Positions 1-13,950 of a DNA stretch of 64,000 nucleotides are shown in pieces (the first letter of the stretch is position 1; each line of letters opens with the position of its first letter). Below the pieces are notes generated by a model, which was given only the letters and a program-made list of their open reading frames with translations, was not told the origin of the DNA and did not search any database. The stretch comes from Octopus vulgaris (lineage: Eukaryota): assembly GCA_951406725.2 (NCBI GenBank), contig OX597824.1, positions 93,062,001 through 93,126,000 on the forward strand. The letters are read 5' to 3'. The position numbers and the translations under genes were made by a program.

Positions 1-304
1 CGATTCGCTGGAATTGGCAAGCAAAGGTGAATACATCGCTTAGTGTACGAACCGCATAGAGTGCTACCGGGCGGTTCTTAGTGCTTTGTGGTTTTTGTGC
101 TTTGAAGTGAAACCACAAGCAAGGTCTTTGTCACCGGTACGAACTGTTAATAGGTTTCTTTATCTAAATTAATGTTTAATTGAACAAACATTGAAAAATC
201 TACCGTGTGCAATTTTGTCTTTCACACGAGACTGTATATGGCGATATGTTTTGGAAAATATATGTTCTTGTATTATGGTAAACATGAGCGAAGATATACG
301 TATG

Positions 305-1096
305 TATGTCATTGTTCAGTTTTATTTCAAGCATTCTTGCCAGTAGAGACGGAGCCGGTTTCTAACCCAGATCCAAGGCTCCTTCATTGGAATTTCAAAA
401 TTAACAGGATGTTTTCTTGTTTATATGTATGCATGTATTTATGTATGCGTGTATGTATGTATGTATGTATGTATGTATGTATGTATGTATGTGTGGAGGC
501 GCAATGTTCCAGTGGTTAGGGCGGCGGACTCGCGGTCGGAGGATCGCGGTTTCGATTCCCAGACCGGGCGTTATGTGTGTTTATTGAGCGAAAACACCTA
601 CAAGCTCCACAACGCTCCGACAGTACCCCTGTTGTACTCTTCACTCACTTTCTTTTCTTGTTTCTTGAGTAGCGCTGCGATGGACTGGCGTCCCGTCCAG
701 CTGGGGGAACACATACGCTACAGAAACCGGGAAAACGGGCCCCATGAGCCTAGCTAGGCTTGAAAAGGGTGACGTTTATCGTTTTTATCGTATGTATGTA
801 TGTATGCATGTATTTATGTATGTACAGATTTATATGCCTTGCTTTATGAATGTATTCTCATTCATATAGTTTTATATCTAAACATGCACATATATATATG
901 TATATGATAAACTTATTTTGTCGTTTTACAGATTTTTACAGTTCTAGTGATGGATTGAATCTGTAGTCTTCGAATTCGCTTTCTCCTTTCTGGTTTTGAG
1001 AAGCCTAATTTCTCAAGTGCGATATTTAGGCAGTGCATTATGAACCCCACGGCCCCAATAATTAGAGCTATAAACCTGAATATTTAACCTGGATAT
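305..1096 (-). mobile_element. 3' end of an RLE-type non-LTR retrotransposon ending in (CATA)n
   Basis: Minus translation of ~920-1096 gives IFRFIALIIGAVG...LEKLGFSKPERRKRIRRLQIQSITRTVKICKT, typical of an RLE C-terminus. The 3' UTR matches 5840-6400 and 31281-31400. Confidence 0.65.
493..774 (+). mobile_element. tRNA-derived SINE, family A (inserted in the TATG repeat of an RLE LINE 3' UTR)
   Basis: A box (CAGTGGTTAGG) and B box (GGTTTCGATTCC). Body and tail match copies at 13288, 20333 and 25219. Confidence 0.85.
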
Positions 1097-1345
1097 GTAA
1101 GTATATATACACGTACCTGTGTATGTAGGCATTTATCAATTAAACTTTCTGCCTCTATCTCTTGCTTAGTCTCTGTCTCTCTCTCTCTCTAGCTATCTAT
1201 ATATCTACCTATCTACCTATCCACCTATTTATCTCTGTGTCTATCTATTTATCTGTCTTATATATATTACGGAAACGGCGCGCTAAACAGTGATACGTAA
1301 TATTGTAATGTTGAGACACGTTCGAGCAGGTGAACAAGCTACTCA

Positions 1346-1731
1346 CGGAAAATGTATCCCGTTCGTTGACAAATGGTGTTAGGAGTAGTTATCTCCTCCT
1401 CGGTCACGGACACCAGGCTGGTAGCGCTGAGAGCTGATTGAATAGATTAAATCACCTGAGCGTCTCCAGTTGCCATACGGCGACTGGCAACGCTGTAGTT
1501 TCCTTACGCTGAGCCGCTGCACAGCGCTGGTGGCAGTCACTGTATAGCAAAAGGAAAGGAATAAGACAATTAGTCTCTTCAATCAGTTCACTGCTCCATC
1601 TGCTTGATAACCCTGAGCAAAGAGGAGATAAATATTGGATAATGCTTCCACCTCACGGCCTGGGTAAACGGCACTGCGAGCTTATCTAGGTGCATAGACA
1701 CGATTTGTCAACACATAGGATATATTTTCCG
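1346..1731. mobile_element. Fold-back (palindromic) MITE-like element
   Basis: ~34-bp imperfect TIR CGGAAAATRTATCC...GTTGACAAATSGTGT, with further inverted similarity continuing inward to about 1505. Confidence 0.65.
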
Positions 1732-1957
1732 AAACAAAACGCAATGAGCTGCGTTTTCGCCGGTTTGAGACCTCGTGTGTACCGTTGACGATTTTTTTCC
1801 TCTGTCTTCCTTTCTCTGGATCTTTCCTTCTCCTATGTTTCCGACGAAGAGCTCCGCTCGAATCGTTAAACCCTCCTTGTTTCCTGAGCGTCCAATAATA
1901 CTATATTTTTTCCACGTCCTCGCGTTGTTGTGCTTTTTTGTGCTTTCTTGTTTGGAT

Positions 1958-2010
<53 letters not shown>

Positions 2011-2152
2011 ATGTATATATATATATACCCACACACACCCAAAAACGGATAACGCAGCTGACATCATTAGGATGTAGCTGGAATAATGGAATAGGAACTT
2101 TTATCCCCACATTCAAAAGGTTTCCCGTAAACGAACATGAAGGACAACAACA

Positions 2153-2205
<53 letters not shown>

Positions 2206-2830
2206 GTGTTGAGAATGTATGAGTGTCTTTGTGTATGGTCGTTCTGTGTTTCTTATATTCCTCCGATAGTGTTTTAAATGAAGGCATTTGCGTGCGGAGA
2301 CACGCACTTGTATTCATTGTAAAGGGTTTTGTCTCGAGCCGAGTGCGTACGCATATATTTAGGATATTCATTGGTGTTTAGCCATTTGTCGATAGATGTG
2401 TATGTATGTGCGTGTGTGTGTGTGTGTGTGTGTTTGCTTTTTAATTGTACGTTCACGATTAATTATTTAACTGTATTATGTAAACGCTGGTATATTGTGT
2501 TTCTTTTCGGTTGCGTCAGTAAATTTCTAATAGATGTGTATAGACGTGAATGCAGGAGCATTCTCTCTCTGTCTCTCTCTCCCTCTCTTCGTCTCTCCCT
2601 TTCTCCCGTCTCCCTCTCCATCTATCTCCCTCTCTCTTTTCCCTCTCTCTCCCTCTGTCGCTCTCTCCATGTCTCTCTCTCCAACTCTATCACTCTTTCA
2701 CCATGTCCCGCTTCCTCCCTCTTCTTCTCTCCCTCTCCCCCTCACTGTGGTGTATGTTTGTGTGTGTGTTTTGTATGTGTATGTGTGTCTTTTCTCTCAT
2801 TGAAAGATCAACGTTATTTATCAATTCATA

Positions 2831-3045
2831 CGAGGGGATCCTGAAAAATTCCTGGTTTTAAGTGTATCGCAAAGGCCTGGCTGGAGGCCGAGCATTCCGA
2901 ATTCTTTTACAGGGTGTCGAAAATCTGAAGGACACTAAAATAAATGCGTGAACCTGAGAGGTGAATGCGTTGAGTGAAATCAAAATTAACTGATCCTCCT
3001 GTGTATTCTTTTACCGAAAACCAGGGACATTGTAGCACACCCTAG
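2831..3045 (+). mobile_element. Mariner-derived MITE
   Basis: TA|CGAGGGGATCCTGAAAAATTCCTGG ... CCAGGGACATTGTAGCACACCCTAG|TA; internal remnant KCVNLRGECVE of the transposase C-terminus. Confidence 0.75.
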
Positions 3046-3059
3046 TATAAGTCACTTTT

Positions 3060-3345
3060 CACACGAGTAGGATGTTGCCCCACTTAAGGGGAAGCACCAG
3101 CAAAGTTTAATACCAGTGTCACCAGAGGTTTTCGCATCCAAGAATCAAACGCCAGATCACGTACTGTAGACCAGCCTGGTCAGTGTTTGAAACAGTTTCG
3201 ACTATTCACCACTCTAGGTCGGCAAATTGTATTCCTCACGGCAAAGACGCCTTCGGCGAAATTTGGTTCTGGAGGGTGAAGAGCTTCTGGAATCCTTCTA
3301 ATTATTCTGTCGAATATTCTCAGCCAAATGAGCGTCTTCTGAAAG
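3060..3345 (-). pseudogene. Degraded CR1-type LINE 3' fragment
   Basis: Frameshifted minus-strand remnants RR..FAVR..NLP..VVNS..FK resemble a CR1 ORF2 C-terminus. Confidence 0.35.
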
Positions 3346-3550
3346 ATTTGTTGCTGTGATTTATGTAAATTGATGTTATGTAAATATGTGCATCCAGTTA
3401 TTGGTACGTATATGTATAGGATTGCATCTTTTTATGCATTGATTGAATGCATGTATTTGAGTGTATGTGTATGTATGCATGTGTGCATTTATAAATGCAT
3501 CTATATATGCATCCATGTATCGTATCTATCTTATATATATATATATACAT

Positions 3551-3596
<46 letters not shown>

Positions 3597-3706
3597 GTGT
3601 GTGTATATATACATACATATATATATATATATATACATATATATATTTATATTATATATATATATATATATACATATACATTTATAGTACATTTGTGAAT
3701 GTGTGT

Positions 3707-3747
<41 letters not shown>

Positions 3748-4539
3748 TGTGCATGAGAGAGAGTGCGGCGTGCAGGTCTGTGAGTGTTTGTTGAAACCAA
3801 TTCTTTGATTCCACTCCTTTAGAATTTCTAAGCTTTCTCTTTTACGCAGGGAGAGGTACACGTACACCCGAGAAAATGTATACGTGTGTACTTCTGTGTG
3901 TATGTATGCGTGTGTGTGTGTGTGTGTGCATATATGTGTCTGCGGTACAGAAAGAGAGTGTGCGTGGCGTTGTGTGTGTATATATATGTGCGCGTAATTT
4001 TCTGTGTATGTACGAATCTTTTTCAATTTGTCTCTGCAGATCCCTCGTTGTTAACTACGCCTCCAAATTTAACGTTTCATTCAATAAAATAACTCTCTCC
4101 ATTACTCTCTATCCGTCCATCTCTCTACCTCTTCCTCATATTTCTCTCCATCTTTTGTCCCTTCTATCTTGCAATGCCTCTTTGGGTTTTCTTATCTCGT
4201 TCATGACCGCTATGCTTTTCACAACTCATCTCTCAGCAAACTCTCCATCCCTCCTTCTCGATATTATCCATGACCTCCTCTCATTGATTTCTTTACTTTT
4301 CTCCCTAATCATCTTATTATCCCTCTTTCCTACTCTCTCTCTCTCTCTCACTCTCTCTCACTCTCGCTTTCAGTCTCTCTCTCTCCCATCTCATTGTTTC
4401 TCCCGCTTTCTCTCTCGCATGTCCCCTTCTCTTTATCTGTATTTCTAATTACTCAACCAGCCTAACTTTCTCTTTTTGTATTCCACTCTGTGTCTCCGCC
4501 TCCATTTTTGTTCCCAGTATTTTCTTCCATCTCTCTTTC

Positions 4540-4560
4540 ACTATCTATCTATCTATCTAC

Positions 4561-4607
<47 letters not shown>

Positions 4608-4640
4608 CCTATCTATCTATCCATATATCTATCTCTATCA

Positions 4641-4686
<46 letters not shown>

Positions 4687-4687
4687 A

Positions 4688-4731
<44 letters not shown>

Positions 4732-5082
4732 CATATATCTATCTCTATCAATCTCTCTATGTATGTATCTATCTATCAATCAATTAATATCTGCATTTCT
4801 TCACCTCGATCACGGTTCTCCTCCCTCTTATCTCAAGTTTAATTATTAGTTCTTAACAGCTTTTCAACTTATATTTGGTCAATGTTCTAACAAGCATCTC
4901 TCACATGGTGTATCCATATTCCAGTCACATTCTATCTATATTTCACTCTCGTTCACTTCCTGTCTTTTTACTCTCTGTCTCTCTCTCTCTTCCTCTCTCT
5001 ATATCCATCCCTCTCTTTCTGTTTCACACAAACACGGACACACATTATGTCACTATCCTGTCCTTCTGTCTATCTATCCATA

Positions 5083-5170
<88 letters not shown>

Positions 5171-5429
5171 CAACCATCTACCCATCCATTCACACATCAA
5201 TCCATCTATCTATCTATCCATCCATCCATCCACTCATCCACCCATGAATATTTTTATCTATCTACTTATCTATCCATTCATCTACCCATCTAGTCATCCA
5301 TCTATCTCTCTAGCTAGCTATCTGTTTATCTAGCCATCAATATATCCATCCATCTACCTATCTATCTATCTTTCTTTATTTCTATCTATCTACCGTATTT
5401 CTATATCTATCTTTCTTTCTATCTATCTA

Positions 5430-5485
<56 letters not shown>

Positions 5486-5490
5486 AATCT
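4540..5490. repeat. (TCTA)n/(TCCA)n microsatellite cluster
   Basis: Direct reading of the sequence. Confidence 0.95.
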
Positions 5491-5839
5491 TTTGCCTTCT
5501 ATATCAAACACAGCCATAGTATTTTATAAGCCAATTACGACAGGGTTGTTCGGTTAAAGCTAAAAGTAAAAGCTGGAAATTAGACAAAAATCTTATTTAT
5601 TTTTAATAAGATTTCATGTTTTTCATTCTCGTTAGTTTTCCGTTTCTTGTATCCGGCCTTTAATTTATTCTCCTTCAACTAGGCGCGGGGCCAATTTTTA
5701 CTGAAGATTGGGTGAGGTTGAACGGTGGGGAGTGATTTATATACGGTCATATCAAAAGTAGCATGTTCCTCCCAAATTCAACTGGACCTCCGAAAAGTTA
5801 TAAATAAGGCGTTCTTAAGTATAACTATTGTGTGTATGT

Positions 5840-6400
5840 ATGTCATTATTCAGTATATTTCAAGATTCGTTACCAATAGAGAAAGACCCGGTTTCTAACC
5901 TAGATCCCAGGCTCCTTCATTGCAATTTCAACATCAACAACAGGGTATTTTTGTTTGTTTGTATGTATGTATGTATGTATGTATGTATGAATGCATGTTG
6001 GTACGTATGTATGTTTTGCATGTATGTATATATTTATGTATATGTTTATATGTGTATGTATGTCTGTCTGTATGTATGTTTTTATATGTGTATGTATGTC
6101 TGTATGTATGTATGTCTGTCTGTCTGTCTGTATGTATGTATGTATGTATGTATGTATGTATGTATGTATGTATGTATGAATGTATGTATGTGCAGATTTG
6201 TATTTTTCATGTATGTATTCTCATGCATATAGTTACATATCTAGACGTGCTCATATAAATTTAAATGATAAACTTTTAGAAAGTTTCACAGATTTATTCA
6301 GTTCCAGTGATGGATTGGATCTATAATCTTCGAATTAGCTTTCTATTTTCTGGTTTTGAGAAGCCTAATTTCTCAAGATTGGTACTTAGGCGGTGTGTTA
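5840..6400 (-). mobile_element. Second copy of the (CATA)n-associated RLE LINE 3' end
   Basis: Colinear with 305-1096 (CCGGTTTCTAACC...GGCTCCTTCATTG; TTTCTGGTTTTGAGAAGCCTAATTTCTCAAG). Confidence 0.7.
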
Positions 6401-6401
6401 C

Positions 6402-6720
6402 TGTTATATCGCACGTTCGAATGACCTCTGCTCAACTCCTCAACGTCTAGACCTCTCCCTCTATATCTACGTATTGGGCTAGCCTACTTCATTGTATGGG
6501 GGTGTCAACACAACACCTCCCCCTTTTGAGTTTTTAAACCGGGATTTCTTAATTTTATTTCCTCGGTGAGAAGCTAGCATATCGTTTTCTCTTAGCGTTA
6601 ATTTCTATCATTTCTGTAGGTTTTCTGTTCCTCTTCACCCTACGTGCCGGTTCTGCTTTTGATTGTGGTTCTGGGACCTCGAACAAATCATACCATAAAT
6701 CCATTGGTTCTTCTCGCCTC
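6402..6720 (-). mobile_element. 3' end of a Gypsy-like LTR retrotransposon: pol C-terminus, PPT and 114-bp LTR
   Basis: Minus ORF ends EEPMDLWYDLFEVPEP...RRVKRNRKP...KRKRY. AAAAGGGGGAGG (6527-6516) is immediately followed by TGTT (6515), and the segment ends AACA (6402). Confidence 0.6.
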
Positions 6721-6821
6721 AAAAGAAACAGAAAGAAAGAGTAACAGAAAAGTGTAGTGGAAGACACAGCAGGTTTTGCCACCGCCACAGCAGCCGGAAC
6801 CTCGAAACGCTTTAGGTATTT

Positions 6822-7408
6822 TTGCAGAAAGTGTATGGAAAGGAGTGTATGAACCGCACACACGTGTACGAGCGGTTCAGACGTTTCCAAGATGGCTGAA
6901 AACATGTCGATATTGCCGAACGAGCTCTAAGGGGAAATTGTCGAATCACCATCTGAGCTATGAGAGGATGTGCAGTTTAGTTACGGTTCAGTTCAGTCCA
7001 TGATCAATGAATATTTGGATAGGAGACGCGTGTCTGCCAAATTTGTGCCAAAACAGCTTTCGGCTGACCAAATAGACACTCGGCTTTCAGTGGAACAATA
7101 TCTCCATGACTGTGTCGAGAACGTAGAAAAATTTTTGAAAGCTTTGCGTAGGTATCTCCAAGCTTTTGACAAAGTTATAGGCAGATTCTCAGCTCAAATT
7201 TCTCGGTCAAGGTTAATGCGACGTTCATACGCTACACACCTTGCTTTCAAGCACTGCTGTAAACAGTGAATGTGAACTAGAACTTTAAACCTTTGTGAGC
7301 ATGCTCCCAACAGAGTTCAAAGTCAATCTCTGCCGAGCGGCTTTACACTGCGTGCTTTAGCTTCGTTACTATGGCAACAGTCCGGATAGTTATAGATCAG
7401 AATACGTA
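6822..7408. pseudogene. Rearranged mariner transposase remnant
   Basis: Plus strand QKVYGKECMNRTHVYERFRRFQDG and RRVSAKFVPKQL (WVPHEL-like motif). Minus strand 7141-7215 gives TEKFELRICL*LCQKLGDT (N-terminus), with a TIR-like end near 7405. Confidence 0.7.
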
Positions 7409-7615
7409 TGTATATCTACATACACGAAAAACACGACTGAAAAGGATCATTTACAATGTGTTTGCAAATCCATTTCCCAAGATACACTTTCAGCTTCGTA
7501 ACTAATATCATTGGTACAACAGGATACATACCTGCTCGTTTGCAGCAAAGTATGGCTGAAGTTGACTTCTTGAGAAGAGAATACAAATCCTTAATTCTTA
7601 AACTACAAACGATCA

Positions 7616-7979
7616 GAATATCGTTAGCACGCCGGGCGAACTGCTTAGCGGTATTTCGTCTGCCGTTACGTTCTGAGTTCAAATTCCGCCGAAGTCGACT
7701 TTGCCTTTCATCCTTTCGGGGTCGATGAATTAAGTACCAGTTACGCACTGAGGTCGATGTAATCGACTTAATCCGCTTGTCTGTCCTTCTTTGTCCCCTC
7801 TGTGTTTAGCCCCTTGTAGGTAGTAAAGAAATAGGTATTTCGTCTGTCTTTACGTTCTGATTTCAAATTCCGCCGAGGTAGACTTTGACTTTTATCTTTC
7901 CGGGATCGATTGAATAAGTACCAGTTTAGCACGGATGTCGATGTAATCGACTTAATCCCTTTGTTTGGCCCCTTCTATG
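7616..7979 (+). mobile_element. SINE family B with its body unit tandemly repeated twice
   Basis: Head AGAAT(AT)CGTTAGCACGCCGGGCG...GAGTTCAAATTCC and core GTCGACTTTGCCTTTCATCCTTTCGGGGTCGAT. The ~180-bp unit repeats. Confidence 0.85.
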
Positions 7980-8837
7980 ACAATCTTCTTTGTCCCCTGT
8001 AAAAAATTTGGAGAAAATACTTAAGACTTAAAAAATGCAGAGCAAAACAAAACACTTTCCTTCACAACCTTGCTACTAAGAAATGAGCCTATCAAAATCC
8101 ATTCTACATTCTTCAAAACGAGAAAGCGAACACAGAGATAAAGCATAGAATTATCCATTCCATTCCCTATCTATCTATCCATGCCCTTGAATGCAGATTT
8201 AATAGTATATCCAATTTTCAATCTAACAAATCGTTGAACAACCTACCAAGCTATTATGCTGTCTATTTCTCAATCCATTCCTCGTTCTGTATATACAGAG
8301 AAACATATATCCTTTTCAATGTATACATATTTCTCTTTCACTCTCCATCTCTCCCTCTCTCTCTCTCTGTCAATCCCTCTCACAGTCACTACTGTTGCTC
8401 AATGAACATAACCTTACACACGCGTACACACATGCATACATTAACGTATGAATAACTGCATGGATATAAATGGATATATAAAATTCATAACATGTATTAC
8501 CGTATGTAAAGTCAGTTTTGCTACAGACGTGACGCCAAGCCTGCTGTAATCCGACGTCTATCTGGCGTGAAACAGAAATATATTACAGAACGACATCTCG
8601 ATAAATTCCATATCGTAATAAATAATATATTACCTACCATACTCCTTTCGTCGTATATATTACAATAATATTCGCATATCTATGTGACAGTTGCTATGTA
8701 CACATATGCGAATATACATACATACATACACAGATATTTATACATTTATATATATATATATATATATACATACATATGTATGTATATATGTATATGTATC
8801 TGTATGTATGCTTATACACACAAATTTTTATACGTAT

Positions 8838-8913
8838 AGGCGCAGGAGTGGATGTGTGGTAAGAAGCTTGCTTCTCAGCCACATGGCTCTGGTTTCGTTC
8901 CCACTGTGTGGCA
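8838..8913 (+). mobile_element. SINE family C head only
   Basis: AGGCGCAGGAGTGGATGTGTGGTAAG...CCCACTGTGTGGCA. Confidence 0.7.
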
Positions 8914-9109
8914 TATCTCCTTCAACATACGTGGTAGAAGTTATCTCCTTTCATAAAAGCGGTGAATTTTGCATTACTGTTTATTATTATTATAATTATC
9001 ATTGTTATTATTATTTTGTATTATGAATTTAAAATTGATTTCGCAGTTGAAGAATAAATTGAAGTTAGAATAACAAATTTCTATAAAACATATTTTCCTT
9101 TCGTCTTCC

Positions 9110-9162
9110 AATATATCAGGAAAACAAATTCAGCCCCGCCCAACGCCGGGTGCTTCTGCTAG
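9110..9162 (+). mobile_element. Helitron-like 3' terminus
   Basis: GC-rich hairpin CCCG-CCCAACGC-CGGG followed 8 nt later by CTAG (9159-9162). The 5' end was not located. Confidence 0.5.
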
Positions 9163-9163
9163 A

Positions 9164-9283
<120 letters not shown>

Positions 9284-9302
9284 GTATGTATACATATGTG
9301 TG

Positions 9303-9355
<53 letters not shown>

Positions 9356-9651
9356 GCACACACACACGTATATATATATATGCGCATGCATAAATGAAGT
9401 TTGTAGGATCCGTTTGGTAAAATGGCAGAACGTATAACACATATTCCGTAGATGTTGGTTAATTTATATAATGTGGAAATATTTCGTGTTTCAACATCGA
9501 TTTTTGCATACAGTGCCGCACACTGATGAGACGTAGAGCAAACTTTCATTGTATTTCTACTACGGTTGTGTAATTATATCGATATTTTGTTGAATCCAAA
9601 GGGTTTATGTTCAATAAAGCTGTCAATACAAAACTCGTGTTCTGTTCATAT

Positions 9652-9865
9652 ATGCTGAAAAGTTCCTGGCTTTAAAGGAATCGTGAAAAGCCTGATCGAA
9701 GGTCCAATTTTCCGAGATGCTTTATAGGGCTTAGAAAAACAGAAGGGCGGCTGGTATAATTGTGTGAATCTGAGAGGGTACAATGTTGAATAAAATCATT
9801 ATTTACTGATCATTCTGTATTTTCTTTTATCCAACCCAGAGCTAGGAACATTTCAGCATCCCTCG
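9652..9865 (+). mobile_element. Second copy of the mariner MITE
   Basis: GCTGAAAAGTTCCTGGC ... GCTAGGAACATTTCAGCATCCCTCG; internal TGTGTGAATCTGAGAGG. Confidence 0.7.
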
Positions 9866-10312
9866 AATATATATGAACGTAATATTCTTTCATATGTATG
9901 CCCATGGTTAAATATAGGTAATATACCGATAGTGTAATGCATACTTCTATCCATTATAGATAATTATGCCCCTATATATATATATATAGTTGCTATTAGG
10001 TTAAACTGTCGTATGTCCGAATTTGGCCAAATGCGTTCTTTTCAATAGTTATTTTTGCTTGCAATAACCGATTCTTTTGGTCAAACTCTCGCATCTCCAG
10101 CTGCTTCAGATGCCAGGATATCAAAAATTGTCAGTGTTGTACAACAGTTTTGCTATGGAATGGTGGAAATATATTTTCCTTTTCTGAAAAAGCAACGTTT
10201 TGGACTTGCGACACTTTTGCATAATAGCAACGATTTAAATGATAGATTCTGTCGTCGTGAATGAGAAATGACGGTGGTTTAATGGATATTCATAGATACA
10301 TATAAATATGCA

Positions 10313-10355
<43 letters not shown>

Positions 10356-10374
10356 ATATATAAATATATATGTA

Positions 10375-10462
<88 letters not shown>

Positions 10463-10478
10463 TATGTATGTATGTATA

Positions 10479-10515
<37 letters not shown>

Positions 10516-11266
10516 TCATATTTATATACATACATACACATAGGTAGGCCGATAGGTAGGTTAGGAGGGAGAAACTTACATAAATTTTTCCACACGTTGT
10601 GATGCGAATTACATTCATATCCCAAGCAACCAAATAACAGAGTGCATGGTTACAAACTCTTATTTTTAATTCTATTTTTATTTATTCGTGTATTACAGCA
10701 ATTCCTGCGAGCTCGTTTCCAATGGGAATAGAAACTGTTCTTATGAGTTCCATTTTCTCACGCCAATCCACTGTATCAACAAACCGTTAGCCGCCATTTA
10801 CCAGGAAGTCCTCGCAAGGTTCTGCCGACCGAAGATAACAAGACGCTTGTACCTGGCTGTGATATATCACTGCCTCACCATTATTAGGCATCTAACTACC
10901 TGGAGGATGTTACAATTATGACAATCGGCATTAGATATTCGATTTTTAAATTATAGGATATTATTCACATCATTAATAATTGCCCAGAATTATTTAGAGA
11001 AGGGTTTACATTTCCATATTCGAATGTGTTGCTCTTGTAGCGAAGTTACTGTATTTAGTGATTCAATGTGACATATCGCAAAATGTGCGACCAAAATATG
11101 CTGTTGTACTAATATTGATTATATACACAATTACAAGTTGAATTCTTCCATTACAAATTTCCTGAATTATAAATGCAACAGAACAATTGCTAACAATTCC
11201 GTTCAAAATGTAATGCACATCATGTGTTGTTGTAGAATATATTTCCCTGTCAAAGTAAGTTACAAA

Positions 11267-11822
11267 AGCGGTGAGGTGGCAGAATCGTTAGAACGCCGGG
11301 CGGAATGCTTAGCGTTATTTTGTCTGCCGTCACGTTCTGAGTTCTAATTCCGCCGAAGTCGACTTTCATCATTTCGGGGTCGATAAATTAAGTACCACTT
11401 ACGCACTGAGGTCGATGTAATCGACTTAATCCGTTTGTCTGTCCTTGTTTGTCCCCTCTATGTTTAGCCCCTTGTGGGTAGTAAAGAAATAGATATTTCG
11501 TCTGTCTTTACGTTCTGTGTTCAAATTCCGCCGAGGTCGACATTGCCTTTCATCTTTCCGGGATCGATTGAATAAGTACCAGTTACGCACTGGGGTAGAT
11601 GTAATCGACTTAATCCGTTTGTCTGTCCTTGTTTGTCCCCTCTGTGTTTATCCCCTTGTGGGTAGTAAAGAAATAGGTATTTCGTCTGTCGTTACGTTCT
11701 CTGTCCAAATTCCGCCGAGGTCGACATTGCCTTTCATCCTTCCGGGATCGATTGAATAAGTACCAGTTTTCACTGGTGTCGATGTTATCGACTTAATTCC
11801 TTTGTTTGGCCCCCTTCTATGT
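11267..11822 (+). mobile_element. SINE family B with its body unit tandemly repeated three times
   Basis: Units restart at about 11315, 11493 and 11677 (TATTTCGTCTG). Ends with the same sequence as the 7616 copy. Confidence 0.85.
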
Positions 11823-12186
11823 TTACCTGAGAGGGCAGGTAGTATTTTAACAACTCACAAATATCAGCCATTCCCTTTCTTACACCGAACCATCCATATT
11901 TTGACAAAATATGAACAAAACGAAACGAAGGCAACGCTTAGTATTGTCTGCACGAGATTTCTCTGACAAATGGAAAAAAAATTACTAAATATGTTGAGAT
12001 AAATTTATGATTAATTTTAATGTATTGTATATACATCTCTGAATAGTCATACTTACATGCACGAACTCAGAATTACACATACACATACACACACAAATCT
12101 ACACTAAGTATATCTACATAAATTCAAATATTATTATATATATATATATACATATATATATGTATGTTTATGTATGTATATACATA

Positions 12187-12244
<58 letters not shown>

Positions 12245-12469
12245 TATGTATATATAGATAGATTGATAGATATACTTACATTTATACATATATATATATA
12301 TACATATATAATACATTTGTATATTTAGATGTGTATATATCACATGTATATATATTTATATATATATATATATATATATTTTATACAATTGTATGTATGT
12401 TTCTATGTATGTGTATATGTATACATATATGTATACATGTATATATCTGTATATATATGTGTGTGCACG

Positions 12470-12517
<48 letters not shown>

Positions 12518-12575
12518 CATATATAAATATATATATATACATATACATATATATCTATATACTTATAGAAATATG

Positions 12576-12624
<49 letters not shown>

Positions 12625-13287
12625 GCATGTATGTATTTATGCGCACATGTATGTATTCATGAATGTATGTACTATAAAAATACCTGAAAAATATGTAATA
12701 ATAGAGTTTCCCTTGTTTTTTAATTCATTTCACAAATGAAAACTTAAATACCGAGAATAATAGATATTCTAATATATACATGTATATTCATCCATTATTC
12801 CTTATCTACAAAAGTATACTTACATAAATATAGGATTTACTATCTTCATTGTTGAATGGTTTAATTAGCAATATTCATATTGATTTCAAACGTGATCAAC
12901 AATGAAAGAACTACAAAAAGATGTCGTATATATCAGAACAATATTTAGTATTTTTAATATTCTCCTTGCGTAATTCGTATTTCCATAAAGACATAGAGAC
13001 ACAACTACAGTCATACAGGCAAGCTGACTAAAAGTTTGCTCTATGTTCATGTTATATTCATGAGGATGTTTGTTTGAATATAGTCTCAAAATAAAGATAT
13101 ACGTACGTACACACTAACAATAAGAAGGAAATTCTAATATTTCGTTACGTGCAAGCATCTCGGCTCTACAGATATAAATCTATGTTCGCCTGTGTAGTCG
13201 TGTTAATATCTATCTATCTATCTATCTGAATATATATCTAATTGACTATATATATATATACATATACATATAAAAACGTCACAATCC

Positions 13288-13550
13288 TCAAGCCTAGCTA
13301 GGTTCATGGGCTCGGTTTCCGGGCAGTTTATCGCAGTGTTATTCAAGAAACAGGAAGAGGGTGAATGAGAAAAAGTTGTGGCGAAAGAGTACAATAGAAG
13401 TCGCCACCACCACCGCTGCCAGAGCGTCGTGGAGCTTTTGGGTGTTTTCGCTCAATAAACGCACACAACGCCCGGTCTGGGAATCGAAACCGCTATTCTC
13501 CGACAGACCGCGAGTCCACTGCCTTAACCAGTGGGCCATTGCGCCTCCAC
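13288..13550 (-). mobile_element. SINE family A copy
   Basis: Reverse-complement match to 493-774, from head GTGGAGGCGCAATGGCCCA to tail CTAGGCTTGA. Confidence 0.85.
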
Positions 13551-13601
13551 ACACACACACACACACGCACACACACACACACATACACACAAGCACACAC
13601 A

Positions 13602-13950
<349 letters not shown>

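Noticed and set aside
493-570. SINE heads (also 13480-13550, 28200-28274, 37631-37700) as functional tRNA genes
   Set aside because: A and B boxes are present but there is no complete cloverleaf, and each continues into a repeated SINE body.
5880-5925. Hammerhead in the (CATA)-associated LINE 3' UTR (CAATGAAG...GAAACCGG)
   Set aside because: All three copies have AATGAAG rather than CTGANGA, so it is better read as a plain 3' UTR hairpin.
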